A stretch of DNA of 64,000 nt from positions 1 to 64,000 of the forward strand of contig NW_026782259.1 in NCBI RefSeq assembly GCF_031769215.1. The letters are read 5' to 3'. The position numbers and the translations under genes are program-made. The notes below the pieces were generated by a model that searched no databases, had not been told where the DNA came from, and saw only the letters and a program-made list of their open reading frames with translations. Each line of letters begins with the position of its first letter. Within the stretch, counting starts at the first letter, position 1. The DNA comes from Ylistrum balloti (Eukaryota). Positions 47,201 through 61,535 of the stretch are shown piece by piece.

Positions 47201-47820
47201 CAAAAAATGTGTTTAATTATTCTGTTTACAATCAATATTTTATGATATCAAGATTCTAAAACGATGTGTAATTAAAAACCAACAGAAACTTTGGTTTCTG
47301 AGTGTTTCAAATAACGGTTCAAACAAAATCTGAAAAGAGAACTAAGTTCTACAGCTGTATTTTCCCGTGTTATATAACTGTATATAAAGTGCCTATAATA
47401 CTACTCGATACAAGCTATTCAAAAGGATTTTGTTAATTTTTTTCCAATCGAAAAGTTTTTATCATCAATTTTTTTTTAACTTATCAGAAGTAATATGTCA
47501 ATATTTCTTTTTGAATTTTTTGTTTACTAAAAATCTTTCATTAAATTACTTTTTTCAATCTCCTGTAAATCAATTGAAGACATTGACATTGAACAGGGTA
47601 TTTACATTGAATTTGAAGCAAAATGATAATTATCAACATGATTTGTTTCAATTATGTAACATCATGATTTCATAATGAAAGTGCAAGTACATTTTCATGA
47701 AAAATGAAAAGTGCATCACTTATATTAAATCATTTTAGCATAATCAATAATCAAATAATCTAAACTCCTGAAATACTGTTGAAGTTTGTCCGATTCTATT
47801 GTGACAACCCATTTGTTGGC

Positions 47821-50800
47821 CTATTGGCATCCTCCTCGACTGCAGACTTCATGCAGCACTTGATGGGCCTCCTTCACACCTTTTGATGCAGCATGGGATA
47901 TCAGCTGATGGGCCTCACTGGGGAATTAAAAAATAAAACATTTTCCAATACAGTAGAATATTAAACATCAAAGGATATATAAGAATGATCAATGATATTC
48001 ATTTATATTAAATTAGATAACCTGTACTAACAAGTATGTATAGGTAAACTACCTTCACCATTGCTCTGGTTAAACACACACCACTAGCATTCTTATCTCC
48101 CAGAGTTACTTCCCTTCACGAGACTGAGAGGTGAAATCTGATTAGAGAAAAGGTTACATCGTCATCTTCAATCTTACTATGTCTCCTTCAGTATTCAATA
48201 ATCCAAAAATCAACATTTCTCACGACTGTTATTTCCCAAAACAAATGAAAATTTTGTTTGTTACATTGCTTTTGATGGATAGTATGACTGCATAGTAATA
48301 TTTCCATGGCATAGTCTGTTACAGAAACAGTGTTAGACTAAATAAAAATTACACTGTAAGCAATAACTTGGCTATCATCCATAACCTAAAACCCAAGAAA
48401 ATTCTCTGTATTTCGTGTTAACTCTGAGTTACTTGTGAAATATTGCTTCTCACCAAATTTAAGATTCAAAAGTTTTTCCATAATTGATATTTCTTAGCTT
48501 TCCATCGATATAAACAAGCTTACAGTAAAGCTATAAACTCACCCTGGTTTCAGATCAGTTTTGTACCCCTTTAAATGTCCAACGGCAAGATTGTAAGATG
48601 CATGAGGATGCCCCTGTTCTGCTGCTTTTCTAAATAAATTAACAGGAAAAATTCCATGTATGCAGGTGTCACAATGTAATCACTCAAAGATTTATATCAG
48701 GTGTAGCTTTATTTTGAAACTTATATAAAGTATAGTTTCTTATACAACAAAACCTGAATGTCATTTCTGTAGTCAAGAAATCACATTTCAAATTTTTACT
48801 CTGGATCACAAAATACAATACTGGTGCACCTTTACAGATGGTTTATTAACTAACTTCACAAGTATTTTGGTTCCAGTTTAACTTATTTCCTTGTAAGATT
48901 TTAAAGATTGTCTTACTTGAACCATTCCATAGCTTTCTGTTGGTGTTTCTCCACTCCTTTCCCTGAAATATTGGAACACCAAACAATTACAAATGTGTAA
49001 TGCTCATAAAATGATTTTAAGGGAAATGACTGAAGAGATCAGATGTACTGAATCTGAAAATCACTTACTAACATTGATTTAAAGGGATATCTTTCTACTG
49101 TGATTACAATTAATCAATTGTTAAATTTTATAGAAAGAACAATTTTAAGGGAGATAATCAACTGCGATCACAATTATTGAACTGTAAGATGACATGTAAA
49201 CAATGAGTTTAGGGAAGCTAACTAAACTAAGTACTGAACTGTAAAATTACATAATAATGTTTTTTCGGAGATAACTCAATAGAAATCACAAGTATCAAAC
49301 TGTAAGATTACAATACAAACAATGATTTCAAGGGAGATAATTCAAGAAAGATCACAAAAAAATTGATACATACTAACAATAATATTATGGTAGATAACTT
49401 TAAAAAAAAAACCACAAGTACTGACTTGTAAGATTAAATACTAACAATGATTTTTTTATGGAGATAACTCAATAAAGAGCACAAGTACTGAACTGTTACA
49501 TTACTGGTACATATGAACTATGATTTTAAGGGCAATAACTGAACAGAGTACTGAGCTGTAAAATTACATCATAAGATTTTATGGAAGATAACTCAATAGA
49601 AAGTATTGAATTGTTACACTACATACAAACAGTGATTTTAAGGACAACACAGTCAAGTAATGAAATCTAATATAACAAATATGTACTAACAAACATCATG
49701 AAGTTGCTTACCATGCAGATACCGCTGCCCAACCTGATGCTGGGCCTGGGGGTAACCAAGGTAACCATATGCATATGTCACATGGAAATGGAGGTGGTCA
49801 AAGTAGTAATATGCATAAATGGCAAAAGACAATGTTGATATGATAATCAAAGCCTGAAAAGATAAGATACCTTTCAGTGTGAATTACTGTTATTTATTTT
49901 TCATATGCTGCAATAAAAAAAAGGGACCACTGTAATAAAAAATATTAAACAGTCCACATTTTTTTTCACTGACACATATATGCTACAGTAGTATAACAAT
50001 ATCAGACAAGACTGGTGTTTCTGTCAGTGGTTTGTTAGCCATACAAAGTCTTTTTGTCAGGGTATGATAATACTAAGTAGATGGACTTTCTATTAAGTAC
50101 CTGCCACTCGCCCCAACAGATACCAGTTCAATAAAAGTTAAGATTTACACCCATTCAAAAGTCATCACATTACCAGTAACATCACTCACTATTTTATGTA
50201 TCAAAGGGACATGTTATGAGAGTATTTTAGTTTATTTTGTTAAATATGTATATCATTTTTTCTCATGGGCTAGGATAGACTTAGTGAAGTCACCCTAATA
50301 CTAGAATCCCCAATTCCATTTTTGTATCCTTCACCGAAGTAGTATAGGAGAATGTCCTACACTTTTTAGTTATAAATGTCATCGGTTCACATATAGGATA
50401 GCAGTGATCTTCTACTGATGAACAGCACACTCTCTTGCCAAGAATTACATACATACATACCACGAATATCTAACTTCAGAAAAGTACCACCAATAAATTA
50501 TGCCTGATTAGGCCTTGTTCTGATGAAATGGCCCAAAGCCATCTTTTTAAAGGTCAAAGGTCATAACATGAATCGCAGTAGCCTACTTGTTATGATTCGA
50601 TACTGACACATGTACACGTACTGTTTAATATACCTACACAAATCGTTTAGATCCTTCTTTTCCCGTGGTGGGATATGAAAATTAAATGCAAAGTACACAG
50701 TCAGCTATCATTCTTGGTCAATCTACATACCTCTGCAACACGAACGTGCCATGGATCGGCCTTCTTTTTACGAGCAAGGTACACTTTCCCACCGTACGGT

Positions 50801-50886
50801 AAACTTGGGTCATATTCAGGTTCATTTTCTGGAATCAGGCGTTGTCTTAGCTCTTGCTCGGCTCCTGTGGTTGAAAACGTCGCCAT
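47821..50886 (-). CDS. Small single-pass membrane protein with SEL1-like repeats (175 aa)
   Basis: Exons 50886-50731, 49853-49712, 48962-48917, 48629-48543, 47917-47821 sum to 528 nt with consistent phases. TM segment ALIIISTLSFAIYAYYYF. SLR motifs AQHQVGQRYLHGKGVEKHQQKAMEWFKKAAEQGHPHASYNLA and EAHQLISHAASKG. Confidence 0.9.
49010..49680. repeat. Decayed ~65-bp tandem repeat x~10 in an SLR-gene intron
   Basis: Recurring gatttt(aa)gggagataact..aagtactgaactgtaagat motif. Confidence 0.75.
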
Positions 50887-50911
50887 GTTCTCAGCTTCCA
50901 CAGCCAATAAA

Positions 50912-50928
50912 CTGCTGCCATCTGGCGG
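50912..50928 (-). promoter_or_regulatory. CTCF consensus-like site
   Basis: Minus strand CCGCCAGATGGCAGCAG fits the CC(A/G)(C/G)(C/T)AG(A/G)(G/T)GGC(A/G) core. Confidence 0.55.
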
Positions 50929-52129
50929 TAGCGTATCTGTCGCTATAGGAACGACAGGCGAGCAAAAATCGATACAAAGTATCGATATCTTACACCGTAA
51001 AATTTCTTATCGATTTCGCTCTTACATCAATTATACAGAACAGGTAGACTTTTGTTACTAATCAATACTGAATTAATTTAACCGTACAGCAATCACAATG
51101 AATATACATTGACAGGTAAGTTAAGTCAGTGAACAGAAAAAAATGGATCCGTTGTTCATTTTGCGTAAAACTAAGTGAATTGATAAACGGATGTAGATTT
51201 ATTTCAATATTTAGCTTCAATATACTACCTATCTCATTTGTTTTGACATATGAACTTTTAATAGTAATCTGAAATGAAATTTGAAAAGATATATGTATAC
51301 ATGCACCTACACAAACAGACGTCTACATATGTGATATTACTAGATCAAGTTTAAACATAACGTAAATACCTTTTTTTTTCATTGTTATTCAGTACATATC
51401 CACATTTATCCTGTAAATGGCGCTGCCTTTGTCGGAATACGCCTGCCATTTTTGCGAGGCTGTATTCGGCAGTGACGCAAAACAGAAGTATTTCATGCAC
51501 ATGATCGGGAGAGAAAGACAAAAGTGACTCGCCAGAGGCTCGCCAATTTTGTCTTCTCTATGTATCCTGCAAATTGCGCTGTCGTTGTCGGAATACACCT
51601 GCCTCATACATTTTTATGCGACTGTGACGGAAAACAGCATTTTAGTAGGTACGGTAATTCGACAGAACTCTGAATTTACTTTAAAATTTACATTTAGAAA
51701 TATGAATAGTTGTTGGAATTTGCGATTTTATATGTTGTAAAGAACCAATTGATTAAAGAAAATTGATTAAATCGCTGTTATGTCCGATGCTGTTTTGAAC
51801 TATATTTCCGTGTTGACCACGAATTACTTTGGCGTCCGTCATCAGGCAAAATTCGGCGTTTGAACAACGTTTAAGTTTCAATAGTCTTATTTTCAGTGTT
51901 GCAGGATGAAAAGAGAATGCGTGGTCAATGTCTTAAAGTATAAGCTGTATTTTGGCGAGGGTGCAGAAAGACAAAAGTGGGGAGTCTCTTCTCTATGTAG
52001 TAGATTTTACGTTTTATACATGTGATGTGCGGTGACTATTGCCAAGTGGCACCAAGTTTATCCACAATGAAAGGAAATGACGTCACACGCCCAAAGTTTG
52101 CATTCTGGTGTAACAATGGAAACCAAAAA

Positions 52130-52330
52130 TTACCTTATACATTAGTTTATGAATAATTGACCATTTGACAAAAAGGATCATAGATTCGATTCCATATCTT
52201 ACGGGATTTATGGACCTCGTCAAAAAGTTTTCATTTTAGCTCGCCAAAGGCTCACCAGCTAGCATTAGAATTTCTTGAACGCGCTTCATAAATCACATAT
52301 TAAGTGGAAACTCATAAAAGATCATATATA
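52130..52330. mobile_element. Interspersed repeat fragment (probable non-autonomous DNA element)
   Basis: taccttata..gctcgccaaaggctcaccagc..ggaaactcat..agatc layout resembles a common bivalve repeat (recognition only, not searched). Confidence 0.4.
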
Positions 52331-53706
52331 AAGTTGGTAAAAGTGTCGGTGAAAAATGTATCAGGAACGTGTTATAACATTAATTAAATATATTACAATT
52401 CCATCATACGTCCCAGAATGCACTAAAAAGTATTCAATATTGAAGTAATGTAATAAAATTACTTCCACTTCCTACAACCTAAATCCTGTTTGAGTTGTTA
52501 TTGATCCTTCTATTTCTTTGAGTTATAGTTTCCTCATCACCAGGTCTCTAGAATTCATTATTAGCCTAGAGTATCCATTGGCTGAAACAAATGATGTAAT
52601 TAAAACCTGATGTACTAATTGATTCTTTGGGGCACTATCTTACAAATACATCTGTTAGTTTCTGTTTATTTACTTAAGATGACTTGCTTTCACGAACTAC
52701 TTTTTTTTTAAAGTTTCATCCTCTTTCTGTATTTTACAAATACAAACTCGTGACTCTGACACAATTCCTGTTAATTGTAAATTGGTTTATATCGAATAAA
52801 TACGGAAAAGTCTGTAATTTCCAGAAGTTGTGATAGTTTATCAAATACAACTACTAGTCATTATAATAGAGCTTTATAAGTCGGAAAAACTATTAAGTTG
52901 AACTGCAAAAATTTTCGGGACATAGTGTTGGCCGTCAGAATAAAGACAAATCGTGTCTACAGGTTACCGGTTTGTGATAACTTTCTGTTTTTCACGGTGA
53001 GATGACTGAGATGGGGTGACTGAGAAGAAGCTGAAGAAGAACTGAGAAGGAGGGTTTATCTATTCGTTTAACGGATTTTAAGTTCAGTATTTCGGCCTTA
53101 CGATCTTTCAGTGGACGATTAAAAATTAAGGTGAATGAGTGGCGCTGTGGAAACGTACCCGTTTTTCACCTCGGAGACGTACATGACAAGGCATTAGTGT
53201 CACCATGTATGACCACTTGGGTTTCCCAAGGTATTTCCAGAATAAACCCCGTTTTCTATATGAACCAATAAGAATAATAATATAAGCTTATTTCGCAATT
53301 GTTGTAAAACGAATTAGGTTTGCAATAGAAGAAGAATTTATGTCCTTCCCAAGACTACGGCTCCAGGAGGCTGGTTGCAGAGGAGGCCAGATTATTCTTC
53401 TCTCTGCCAATGTCGGTCAAAGTCTTAATGATAATGTTTCCACATTAACTGTATTTATGACGTTTAGAATTACAGAGAAAATGTTATATCTTATGACAAA
53501 TATTTAAAATGCGTGTATAAATATGTATTTTTTAAATCCTAATTTAATCGATCGAGTTTTTTTAAATAAGTTATTAACGTGTTACCTCCCTTGCAGTCGC
53601 TCTCCACAAGCGCGTACTTTCAGCGTTTCCGCCATTGTTTACAGCAGGTGTCCCTGCATTAATTTTTTTAAATCCACTGCATCGGCCGTCATTGCAAGCA
53701 GCCAAA

Positions 53707-56700
53707 ATGGTAACTATATTAAGAATGCACTAATTTATATTCAATCTTTATTGTACCTGTCATATTTTTGTAAAACAATATATATTGAATGTAAATAAGG
53801 ACGATGCCGGCTCCTATTTGTAAACAAACCTAAGCCAGCTACGTTTTGCATACGTTATACCACGATAATACACAACTGTTGTACTATAATTAAGACAGGA
53901 TTTCAAAATGTTTCATTTGTATCAGCAAATATCGATCAACAATTAAAATGTTTGGATAATTGCATTTTACTTCGCTAAGTACTTTGTCAATGAATCTGCA
54001 GTATATCGTAGCACAGTGTCATCCGGCTATGTTTAATCTGATTATTCCATGATTCTTTGGCACAATTGAACGTGAATCCGTACCATAGTAACCGGACGTT
54101 TTTTTTCTGTGAAATTTCAGTCATTATATTACTAAAATAGTAGATACATGATAAATATTCCTGGTATTATTTCAAATACAAAACATCAAGAACCAGGTCT
54201 TTACAGTATATGATAATTATATGCTATTCTTCACGTTTGTCTTCAACAAAAAAACATAACTCGCTACAACATTTTGAATTTTCCAAGACGGTGGGCAGGA
54301 GTTCAAAGATGCTGCAGCACATCAACTACAGGATGCGATGCACCCTGCAGGATGGCCGCACATTTATTGGAACTTTCAAAGCATTTGACAAACACATGAA
54401 TCTCATCCTTGGGGACTGTGATGAATTCAGGAAAGTGAAACCGAAGAGTAGCAAGAGTGGCGAGAAGGAGGAGAAAAGGGTTCTTGGTCTGGTGCTTTTG
54501 CGTGGGGAGCATCTTGTCTCTATGACTGTGGAGGGACCACCACCAGCTGAGGTAACTTCAAATATCAAATTATATCCATGTGTCTGCTAAGAAACTCCCT
54601 CCAAGATTTCATACTGCCTCAGTTGTGGATGTAAACACTTTATTTTGGAAATTTTGAAACTACTTATATTTGATTCAGTTGCACCTCTTGCAGTTATTAT
54701 CAAACAACTTTTGTTTTGGTTTTGGCTTTGATGTTGTCTCTGATTTTATGGCGGGGAGGTGGGGGTTTAACAATTTTTAAGCATCGGAAAAAAACTGATG
54801 TGAGGAGGTTAGTAATCAATATTCTCTGAAAACAGATAATTATTTAAACAATAGTTCTTGATATTTACTATAAGGGGTGTGACTATCAATGAATATATTT
54901 AATTCTGTAGCTTTGGTGTCATATTAGTTAATCAACTACATAGAAGTTTTACAAAATCAAGATAATCCTGAATCTCCAAAGGATTTTCAAACCTGTTCAT
55001 TAAATTTGCTGTTTGATATCTATCGCACAGGAAGGAATTGCACGAGTACCACTCTCTGGTGCTGGACCAGGAGCTGGAATTGGTCGTGCTGCAGGACGAG
55101 GAATGGGTGGAGGACCTCACCAAGGACTTCAGGGTCCAGTCAGGGGTGTTGGTGGACCTGGATCACAAATGATGAATCCAAACCGCAGCACAATGTCCGC
55201 TCCACCACAAATGAGAGGTTAGCTTTTTTTTAAAACCTGTCCTTAGATTACAGAGCTGTTGTATCATCATAACATAGGTTATATACACTTCGTAAGTGCT
55301 CCAAAACATATGTTGTCATGACCTTAAGTCACTAGAGTCCAGTCAATGTCAGTACAGAATTTTTCACATTAAATTGGGCAAGTTTTAGCTATATGTTTGA
55401 CTTTAGCAACATTACACAAAAATGTACAATGTATACATACACTGTATATAAAATCCTCTTTAAATTTTGCTCTTCATATTCTAAATAAGCCAAGTTTCAA
55501 GTGCCACAAGTAATAATGATTACCATATCTCTAAACCTGTTTAGTCAATACAAATGTAATTTTACTGTTTCTAGGTCCCCCAGGACGAGGTGGTCCACCA
55601 CCTGGCATGATGGGGATGCGAGGACCACCCATGGGAGGACGTGGTGGACCAGGCATGAGAGGGCCACCTCCAGGCATGATGAGAGGTTGGTATTTCAGTG
55701 GTGTATTATTTAAGTGATTTAGATGTGATAATTTTCTACTTCATAATTCTTAATCATAGCCTACACATCCACAAGTTCATGAATAAGATGGGGGGGCTTT
55801 ATTAGAACTTTCTTTTTAGGTCTCGTGGTCTCGTGGTGACCTATTGCGGTACCTCCAGCATTAACATTTTTGACTTCTCAAAAACCTCTTAACCTATTTT
55901 AATTAAATTTTGCAAAAACATCCCTGGCTTAAGATCAACCAAAATAGTAAATTATACGGCCCCCACCCACGGGCGTGAGGGATGTGGCCAAAAGGGTTCA
56001 AATTTATCTAGATTTCAAAAATCTTCTCAACTCCCAGATATGGTTGAATCAAATACTCTTCATGTATGGAAGTATTTTATGGTGCTATACCAAAATTGTG
56101 AATTTCATGACCCCAGGGCCGCGCACTTACCCTTGGGGAGTGCAATAAATTTTACTATACTTTATATAGGCAAAATAGATTTTTGAGCATGATTTGATTA
56201 ATTTCTATTGGAAATATTTCAAACTTGATTAGAATTATTAGTGAAGGATGACAGCTTGATGATATGCTAATATTGATCCTGACTGACCTCCAGGGTTTGA
56301 TGGGTAGGGTCAAATTGACTCTGATTTCAAAAATCTTTTTTCACTACCTGTAATTTTTGTACTTTTTATAGAAACAACATTTTTTAGTGTAACATTGCTT
56401 ATTTCCCACTGGAAGTATTAATATAGGATGACAGTTTGATGGTATGCGGGTATTGATACTGGCTTACTGTCGTCATTGTCACTCTTTCTTTTTCATGGCA
56501 CTTGAAAGCTACTTAACTTTTAACCTGTGTAAGCAATATGGCTCATCTCGGGTGATCGTCATTCCTGCTAGGCCTCATGTTTCCTGAAAACATTCGCTCT
56601 ACACAATCATTATTCAATCATTACAACAAAGCTGGTAATATTTTAGTCCACAAGGAAATTAATCAGCTTAAAAAATTCACCATATCAAACTAAATCAATA

Positions 56701-56894
56701 ACTGTTTTTTCATTGTCATCTTGTCAAATTTTGCAATTTTTCAAATTCATATTTACCGGTCTTATCATTTTGTTTTATAAGCCCAGAAAGAAAAATTATA
56801 TAGCTGTATCATAGCTTAATTATGCTCATTCATAAATGTATAAGAAACAAATTTTCCTCATTTTTCAGGACCACCCCCAGGAATGAGAAGGTAG
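53707..56894 (+). CDS. SNRPB: Small nuclear ribonucleoprotein Sm B (196 aa)
   Basis: Exons 53707-53709 (ATG only), 54288-54551, 55031-55217, 55575-55685, 56869-56894 sum to 591 nt. Sm fold [70 protein letters not shown]; GRG and PPPGMR tail. Confidence 0.97.
55815..56583 (+). mobile_element. HINE/MITE-like element in SNRPB intron 4
   Basis: 5' aggtc..gacct inverted repeat after a T-run; degenerate 3' end gggtgatcg..aggcctcatgttt. Confidence 0.5.
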
Positions 56895-59800
56895 AAGAGG
56901 CAAAGCACAATGAAGCGTTTCTTATCCAAGACATCAGATGTGTTAAAATGTGTCTACACAAGAACAATACTTGTTTGAAAGATCAAATGGAATCATGTTG
57001 AAAATTGAGTGGACAACACAATTATGATGACAAATCTAAAACACTATCATCAAGGATGATTGCTTGTGGAGGACAAATGTTTTCACGTTTGAGGATCAAA
57101 TGTGTGATCCATAATCCATTAGTGAGGAAAGTTTTTTTTTATTTACATTCGTCATTCATTTATATTGTAAGATATTTTAAGTGAACGTGCATGTGAGAGA
57201 GTTATAAAAGTTGTATGTGAGAATGAATGTTGATGTGTGTGGTAATGTGTGAATGTGTGTGAAACATTTTTTCATGGACCAAAACAGTAATCTGTTCCAT
57301 TATTTGAGATGTTGAAAGAGTTGACATAATGCATATTCATCAGTTGTCATAAAGTCGAGTAAATAAATGTAAAAAGTTGATGCTGTTGTTGATTGATAAT
57401 TTCTACACGTCGTGGGATGACATCCGATAAAAATTCTAAAGTAACAGTTCAATCCGGTCAAGTATGGATATTACTGCAGGTTGCTTTATTTGATATAACC
57501 TTTGACCTTGATGTGGTACAGACATTGAAAGTTAAAGCCTGGCTTCAGAATCTTATGTTAGGGTTGGATATCTGTCTACGTCACTCAAAGTTAATTGATT
57601 GTTTTTGCTCACACACTTATTTTCAATGTTTAATACTGCTTGTTGTGGTAAAACAAATGGATGACACCAGAAATGTGTCAAAATTTTAATAAATATTCCC
57701 TCCTCCACAAGTTCAAGATGTTATCCATTTTAACAGAGAAATACAAAATAAAGTTATTCTAAAAGAATGTATTGGCTTCCATAGGAAAATACCGATATAT
57801 TTTCTATGGGGGAAAAGGAAATTGTGAAATTCAAAATGTTCCTTTAACCTCGGATAATATGAGGTGTCAAGTTTCTTTATTCTATGATAGACTGGGGAAT
57901 GTTTAGTCAACCGTGTCCAGATGGTAGGCTACTCAAATTGCTGATCGTCCCTGATCAGTTTTAAAGTATCTACTTAACTCCATTTACGGTTCCAGAATTA
58001 AAATATAACTTTAATTTTGATACGAGTAGTTTCCCTTCCATTGACGTCCTTACCGCTCGGGTTTCCTTGACAAAATGGACTTGATTTTAATACGAGGCCT
58101 GCCTCACGGAAGTAGATATTCATAACTATCTGTACCTCCTCTCTTAGATGAAGAGTAGCTATCTAAAAACATATTCAAGACATCTTAACTGTAATATTAA
58201 GGTTTTGACTCGGGGACCTAAATACTGATAAGTAGAAATACTTTTCACTATAAATGTATACCAATATTCCCCTCTTCTAGAGAACTATTCGTGAGTGCAT
58301 GAGAAAACGATACAGATTGTCAGAGGAAGAACGATATTGTGTTCCAGCTGTTGTGAACTCGATTGGAAAGACCAGGTACTAATAGTCTGCTTAGACAATT
58401 TCTGATACGTGGTACCTAATATATATATATATATACAACGTCCAGACAACTTTAAATACAAGAGTATTAAACTGCGTCAAACAGCTGATACGGAACTAAA
58501 TTTTACACTTGGGAGGCGACTTGGAAAATCATGGGGATGTGCATGTTATATCCATTGTTTAAAAGACAAGGGATGTAATCATGAAGACTTTGCATATAAA
58601 TGTATCTATATAGGTGAGAGTTCCTTTTGATCCCTAATATTTCATACATAGATTAGAACGATAAAACGATTGAGCATTTTTTAAGAAAAAAATATAATCT
58701 CGACATTAACAAAAAGAAAAAATTTATTTATTTTCTATTTAGAGACATGTATGGTTATATGCGAATATGGTAAGTGACTCAATTCGCTCGGTGTCCGTCC
58801 GTCTTCAAACTTTTATGTTGTCCTTACTTCATAATACTGGTACCCACTGGCCCGTAGTTGAGTTGTGTATTCTTTAATGGACAGATCGGAGAAATAACAT
58901 GGCAGACAAACAACCATCTGCGATTTTGACAGTAATATAACTTGTTATCGGTATTACGTAAGAATCATTCTCATTCCTATGTAGTTTGCCTTCTTTGGTA
59001 ATTGTGTATCTCTCTGAGGCGCGATTGAAACTCTTTAAAGATAACAGTTTGGGGATTTAAAATCAGAGACTGGACAGAATTATCCCCATTCCCTTATGTT
59101 TTGCCTTTATTTTTGATAGTCCGAAAAGCCTTACAACAGTGGAGACAAAATTACGAAAGGATAATGGACTGCGTAGACAAGTGCGGGAACTGCAATAAAA
59201 TACAGTTTCATATATAAATACAGCTTGATTTTATGAAATTAGAGCTTCTGGTTTTTAATTTGAAATAGAGAGAAGCAATAGATTTATTTGTCCTGGTCTA
59301 CGGAGGGTGAGAAATATACATTGTAAATTGCTCTCCCGGTACTGTGTTGCATGTATTTGCATAGACACAGTGTTTAAATCCAAATCAACGTAACTCTTGA
59401 AAAGGAGATCCATTTCGATATTAAATAATATTTAAATGAATAAAATACATTCTTGCGTCATTTAATGTTATTATATAAGTTAGTTTGATGTCGCTGTTTC
59501 CCTATCGCTACATGTTTAAGATAATGGATGGATCTATTCATATATTTTTAATGTTGGTTCTCCAAGGTTCCTTAGTTGTACATTGTAAATGTCAGGGCGA
59601 GTGAAGGAAATGAAAACACTTAACGACAGACATCTTTGACAATTATAGTGTTGTTATTATCGTAACGAACTTAATTTGAGAGAAGAGAAATTAAGGCCAT
59701 CGCTAGGCCTATTTCATCACCACGCAGACCAGTTTCCAGAAATAGAACAATTATAAACTTAGTGACAAAATCTTCGCTTTTCCACCTGTGTCCTCTGATT

Positions 59801-60104
59801 CAGTTTCCAAACAAGTCAGTATTGAGTTCTCCGTGCTATAACTATGTAAACTAAGTCACATTGGAAAGCTTTCTCTGGCACATATTTTTCGAATACTGGA
59901 TAAAAAGTTGAAATACATCAATTTTGATGGACAAAATAACAATTTACATCATTCATGCATCCTCCGCGTCGACAATAATGGTTAACTGATAATTATCTAA
60001 AATATGGATGCATCTCGACCTCTTTGTGTCTAGAATCCACGGCAAGATATATGTACACTTTTATGAGTGAGACAACCTTCATCATTGCGTATGCAACAAC
60101 CAAG

Positions 60105-61535
60105 TACACTATTTTTGTATGTGACAGACCTGTTCACTGTTGCGTGTGTGACAGACCTGTATACTATTGCGTGTGTGACAGACCTGTACACTGTTGTGTA
60201 TGTGACAGACCTGTACACTATTGTGTATGTCACGGACCTGTACACTGCTGTGTATGTGACAGACCTGTTAACTATTACGTGTGTGACAGACCTGTACACT
60301 GTTGTGTATGTGACAGACCTGTACACTGTTGTGTATGTGACAGACCTGTACACTGTTGTATATGTGACATACTTGTTTACTATTGTGTGTGTGACAGACC
60401 TGTACACTGCTGTGTCTGTGACAGACCTGTTCACTATTGGTATGTGACAAACTTGTACACTGCTGTGTATGTGACAGACCTGTACACACTGTTGTGTATT
60501 TGGCAGACCTGTACACACTGTTGTGTATGTGACAATACTGTACACACTGTTGTGTATATGGCAGACCTGTACACACTGTTGTGTATGTGGCAGACCTGTA
60601 CACACTGTTGTGTATGTGACAGACATGTTCACTGTTGTGTCTGACAGACCTGTTCACTGTTTTGTATGTGACAGACCTGTTCACTATTGTGTATGTGACA
60701 GACCTGTTCACTGCTGTGTATGTGACAGACCTGTACACTGTTGTGTATGTGACAGACCTGTTCACTGCTGTGTATGTGACAGACCTGTTCACTGCTGCGT
60801 ATGTGACAGACCTGAACACTGTTGTGTATGTGACAGACCTGTACACTGCTGTGTATGTGACAGACCTGTACACACTGCTGTGTATGTGACAGACCTGTTC
60901 ACTGCTGTGTATGTGACAGACCTGTACACACTGCTGTGTATGTGACAGACCTGTTCACTGCTGTGTATGTGACAGACCTGTACACACTGTTGTGTATGTG
61001 GCAGACCTGTACACACTGTTGTGTATGTGACAGACATGTTCACTGTTGTGTCTGACAGACCTGTTCACTGTTTTGTATGTGACAGACCTGTTCACTATTG
61101 TGTATGTGACAGACCTGTTCAAGGCTGTGTATGTGACAGACCTGTACACTGTTGTGTATGTGACAGACCTGTTCACTGCTGTGTATGTGACAGACCTGTT
61201 CACTGCTGCGTATGTGACAGACCTGAACACTGTTGTGTATGTGACAGACCTGTACACTGCTGTGTATGTGACAGACCTGTACACTGCTGTGTATGTGACA
61301 GACCTGTTTACTATTGTGTATGTGACAGACCTGTACACTGTTGTGTATGTGACAGACCTGTACACTGCTGTGTATGTGACAGACCTGTACACTGCTGTGT
61401 ATGTGACAGACCTGTACACTGCTGTGTATGTGACAGACCTGAACACTGTTGTGTATGTGACAGACCTGTTTACTATTGTGTATGTGACAGACCTGTTTAC
61501 TGTTGCGTATGTGACAGATCTGTACACTATTATGT
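60105..61535. repeat. 27-bp satellite/minisatellite, ~50 units with 25- and 29-bp variants
   Basis: Unit gtgacagacctgtacactgttgtgtat; accounts for all the 9-aa-periodic ORFs in all frames. Confidence 0.98.

Noticed and set aside
50887-50907. ORF-track start at 50907 for the SLR gene
   Set aside because: It is a TTG codon; the ATG at 50886 (aacATGG) is the likely eukaryotic start.
54552-55030. Possible intronic snoRNA or poison exon in SNRPB, as known for the human gene
   Set aside because: No convincing C/D box pair with terminal stem and no well-bounded cassette exon found by eye; a covariance-model search or RNA-seq would be needed.
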